DNA of 64,000 nt from Isurus oxyrinchus (Eukaryota): assembly GCA_026770705.1 (NCBI GenBank), contig JANJGN010000010.1, positions 168,206,001 to 168,270,000 of the forward strand, written 5' to 3'. Position 1 is the first letter of the stretch. Every line of letters starts with the position of its first letter. The position numbers were made by a program, and so were the translations under genes. Of the stretch, positions 59,858 to 64,000 are shown piece after piece. Below the pieces are notes generated by a model, which was not told where the DNA came from, searched no databases, and was given only the letters and a program-made list of their open reading frames with translations.

Positions 59858-62656
59858 CTTCAAAGACAAAACAGAACAGTACAATTTAAAACAGGAATAG
59901 TCTAGAATCAAAGGCATGGATGACAGTTTCAGCAACAGATAAGCCAAGGCAGGGAGGAGTCAGATGATATTATGGAGGTGAAAACAGGCCACCTTAATGA
60001 TGGCCAGATAAGTGGTCAGAAGCTCAGCTTGGGTCAAATACAACACCAAAGTTGCAAGCAGCTGGTTCAGACTCAGGCAGCTGAGCGGCACTTAAATTAT
60101 GTCGGGTAGCAAACCCACTGCCTTTGGACCCACTCCTGACCTGGTTGTCATAATACGGGTGTTATGAACCTGATTTTTCAGACAGGTTTCTCATTACAGA
60201 CATCAAACTTTATTTACAGGCTGCAGCAACAGTTACATGCTTCCATCAAGCCCCACAACTAGAAGAAGAACTCCCACTCTCAGGTTCCCTGTGCTTAGAG
60301 CTCATTTGTTCATACTGTCATGTGATACTATACAACACAATAAGTCTTAAAGCTACAGTCACTACATTCCTTAAAGCTACTATTACTACAACGGGGGTGT
60401 CCACTAACTAAGGTGCCCAGTAGCCTGCCCACCCTTAGGCCTTTTGAGGGCTTCAAATGGCCAATTATTTCCCACTTAAGGCCCTCAATCTGCCTCCACT
60501 GCCTGAATATGCTGAGCAGTGGTAGGCAGGCGAGAGTGGGAAAGCATTTTTTAAAAAAAACATATTTGGTGAAAAGGCGGGCAGAGTGGGAGGTCACCAT
60601 TCATGGGGTGCCCTGTATGCATCAGGGTCACCCCCCATCCCCAAGAATGTTAACCCCATTTGTGCCTTCCTGCCTGGCCTACAAAATCCACGCCCCCACC
60701 CCTCTCGCTCCTCCTAGGATGCCCGATCCCTTCCTGCCATAAAAGCCTATGCCTTACCTGGGTCCAGTGTCCATTCCTGATTTCCGTGGACCTCCTTGCA
60801 GTCCCAGTAGCCCCCACTATTGAGTTCTGGTACTGCTGGAGTTATCAGTCATTAGATTGGCTGGCATCTCCCGAGGGCAGAACTTCCTTCCACCGAGGGG
60901 CACAAGTCCTGCTGCTTATTTAAAGTCAGTCAGTTTGGAACCGACTTTTCTTCTGGGGCTGGGGATAGGCGTGATCAACATGCCCTGCTGTAAAATCCAG
61001 CCCAATGGCTTTGGCCTTGTAATGCAAAATTGGAGGAAGTTTCTGCCCACTTAGTACTGAATGTCAGACAAGCAGTCCGCTAATTGATGCATGGAAATAT
61101 ATTACAGATAAAGAATTACAGAGGACTGCTCTGAACTCAACTTATCATTGGCCACGTGTATCAGGTACTGCATGTTGCTTTTATTTAAAAAGCTACTCCA
61201 TTTTATAGCTTCTTTAATTAGATGGTTTCAAGGGTTTAACAAATGTGTCACTTTTGCTATTGTACACAATGAAAGGTCAGTTGAAATGAACTCTCCTACA
61301 CTTCCCTCACATGACATGTTTCTAATTAATTTTCTTCTCCACCAGTTGTGTTACGTAGGAGCCACTAGACTGATTTGTACTGTAAAAACAAAGATTCATT
61401 CAATCTTTACCACTCAATTGCTGTACTTGTGTGATTGCCATCTTGAAAATGCATAAGGACAAAACAAATGATCAAGTAGCTAACAAAATTATCACAGGAA
61501 ACATGATTTAATTTATCATTTTTAATGTATTCGTTGATAGTTCAATCCTAAACTATGGCTCCATTTAAATAGAGCAAGTGGGCAGTGAAGAAGGTGTAGA
61601 AGGTTAAGTTTTCAAAAAGGGCAATGGGCCTGTGGAGTAGCACTTTGAAGATGATGAGGACTGATTCCTTATTGTGCTTGGAAATGGATTTCTAGAAGCC
61701 GGTGCAATCACAACAGAAGTAAACCAGGAATTTGTCTAATTACTGATGAGTTTGGACCTCCTGAGGATAACTTTATCACCTTCGAGGAATTTTGAAGTTT
61801 GAGAACATTTTGACAGCAATTCCCAATTGGCTTTTGCTCTCAATTTTTGTCTTTCCTCAGAGGTTGAGAGGAGGGACAGGAAGAGTAGGGATTTGGGTTC
61901 AAGTTCATTAAGAAGTGAGGTGAGCAGATATTGGCCTGCCAGTATTTTCTCAGTTTTTGAATTCTTAAAAAGAGTATAAACAGATTCATATAACGATAAA
62001 ACTGTGAGCACTCTGAGTTTGTGAAATATTGCCATGCTCACATTAAAACATAACTTTTTTTATAGCAAGCATGAAGGGCAGAATGTGAAATATACATATT
62101 GCATATAAAAACAGAATACAAATTGTAAATTAATATGATGTTATATTGTTTGCACCTTTGGTGATGTGTTACCTACTGGTCTGCCACACAAGCATCAAAT
62201 AATTTAGTAAAAATGAATGATTAGCAAGCATTACATTTAAATAAAAATAACTGTAGTCAGTTAAAAATATTTATGATTTTGCAGAAAATCAATAACGGCA
62301 TATTTAATACACCATGAACTAGTTATCATTTTGGCTTTCAGAGAAGCCTTTTGCTTTTGTTATTGGTAACAGTGGGGTTCAATGTGAAGATTAAAAAAAG
62401 AAATACACTTAAGAGCCTTTAATGAAACATGCATGGCAGCTAGTGCCCAATATTGTGCTTATTGGAGTCAATCTAACTTGAATTTTCAGACTGATAACTA
62501 TTGAGTGTCAATGTGTCTGGGGGCTGAATTGCAAATTGGTAATATCATACAGTAAATTTGTGGTGGCTTTACACAGATTCTGATGGAAATTTCACCTCAA
62601 ATTCATTATACGACACCAGTATAACATTAATTGGGCTAAATCACTAAGTAATTATA

Positions 62657-63295
62657 GGCAGGATTTTTACTTCATTGGGCAGGTGGGCCCAAGGAGCAGT
62701 CACAAAGTTGGCTGCCATCTGCAATTGGGCCTTGACCTCGATTTCATGTTGGTTGGCCAATTAAAGGCCAGCGTGTGAATCGCACACTGAGCGTCGCCGG
62801 AGTGGGGGCAGGAGGAGGGTGAGTGTGGAAGTTGGCGCATGCACGCGGGTGTGCGCACTGAAATCTCCCTGAAGGCACAGAGCTGCATCAGGGAGCTGAA
62901 GATCTTTAAAAACACAAATAAAGGATTTAAAAACGTTAAAAACATCCCCTCATGCAATTCTGTTACATGAGTAGGGACATGTTATAAGTGTGATTTGAAC
63001 ATTTTAATTGTATTTTTAATTTCTGTTGGAAAACTTATCCCGCCCGTGGATAAGATTTCATAAAAAATCCAAAGGCTGCCTGGCCGATTCGCCTTCCTGC
63101 CAACCATAAGGTTGGACGGGCAGCAAAAATTTCCATTTAATTATTATTTTAATGGCCTTAATAGGCCTGTTAATTGTCGGCGGGTGCACTGTCGACTCCC
63201 AGATGCATCCACCAACCAAAATATCACGTGAGCGCGTGATGACATCAGGACGCTCGCCTGACATCATCGCGCGTCATTTTACGCTTGAGCGTATG
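62657..63295. mobile_element. Harbinger-like MITE fragment, same family as 6885-7614 in opposite orientation
   Basis: Starts GGCAGGATTTT; shared internal blocks with 6990-7520. Confidence 0.65.
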
Positions 63296-64000
63296 TGTTT
63301 AAATGAGTGTGTCATGTTCAGATTAATAATTGACAGATTTTTGTAAGGATGAGGAAGCATATTGCATTAATCAGCTGCTAAAAACCTGGCTTTTATTGCA
63401 AATTGTGTCATTGTGATAAATGCTAATGCTTCCCTTATTGCCACAGGCTATATGTTGATCTTAAATCAAAGCAATATAACAATGGCTAAATGTTTTACAA
63501 TTTATATTTTCAAACTCAGTAACAAATGGACATCCAATAGATACACTTGGACTATGATTAAATGGAAATGATATAAGCAGGAATATCTTATGCCTTGTGG
63601 TGTTTGCTTGAACACAGAGGATTATTTTATATTTAGGGCCGGAATTGACTTGGGAGAACGAACCTTTAATATTTTACTGCTACAATTTCAACAGTTTCCT
63701 GTGGCATGAATAACTTCATCCAGGATGTGGGGCATGGCATTTTTAAAGATTTCATCAATAGTTTCAAACGTATCATTCATGGCTTGAAAACAAACAAATT
63801 ATTCAAGATTTGGTCATCCCAACTTGAGAAATGTATCAATCAGTTTCACTCTAACCCCTTGCTAACATCATATGAAAATTTTGGTAAATATTTTGCCACT
63901 GCCAATCTGTTAAGTAGGGTTATTGTCAATGGGACATTCTGGAGCTTTCCCCACCTGGCAGTCAGCTTTTTAAATTAAAGTCTTAGGAAACATCACATTC

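Noticed and set aside
59858-59947. N-terminal 30 codons of ORF 59501-59947 as the ABHD15 start
   Set aside because: Lies upstream of a clear splice acceptor, abuts an L2 fragment and has no convincing similarity to ABHD15.
61736-62041. 101-aa minus-strand ORF as ABHD15 exon 1 or a retroelement relic
   Set aside because: No ABHD motifs and no recognisable domain; cannot be supported.

Overview
Eukaryotic (vertebrate) genomic DNA, most likely a cartilaginous fish (inferred from the repeat families and the ABHD15 sequence; not proven). The only host gene I can support is the 3' part of ABHD15 on the minus strand (two coding exons, 59857-59505 and 55578-55044). The rest is a dense nest of transposable elements: PIF/Harbinger DNA transposons (Myb/SANT gene plus HARBI1-like transposase) and their MITEs, two decayed Gypsy LTR retrotransposons, solo LTRs, CR1 and L2 LINEs, a tRNA-derived SINE, a Tigger-like element, a 22-bp minisatellite, and a young family of short Penelope-like (PLE) insertions. 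Main points of interest: (1) the short PLE insertions carry a minimal hammerhead-ribozyme fold with a non-canonical core (CUGUCGA), have their own TSDs and show a stereotyped fold-back geometry; (2) a 2645-bp near-perfect tandem duplication breaks exactly at the apex of a 202-bp perfect PLE palindrome; (3) this ABHD15 keeps a Ser at the nucleophile-elbow position. All calls were made by eye; repeat boundaries without TSDs are approximate.
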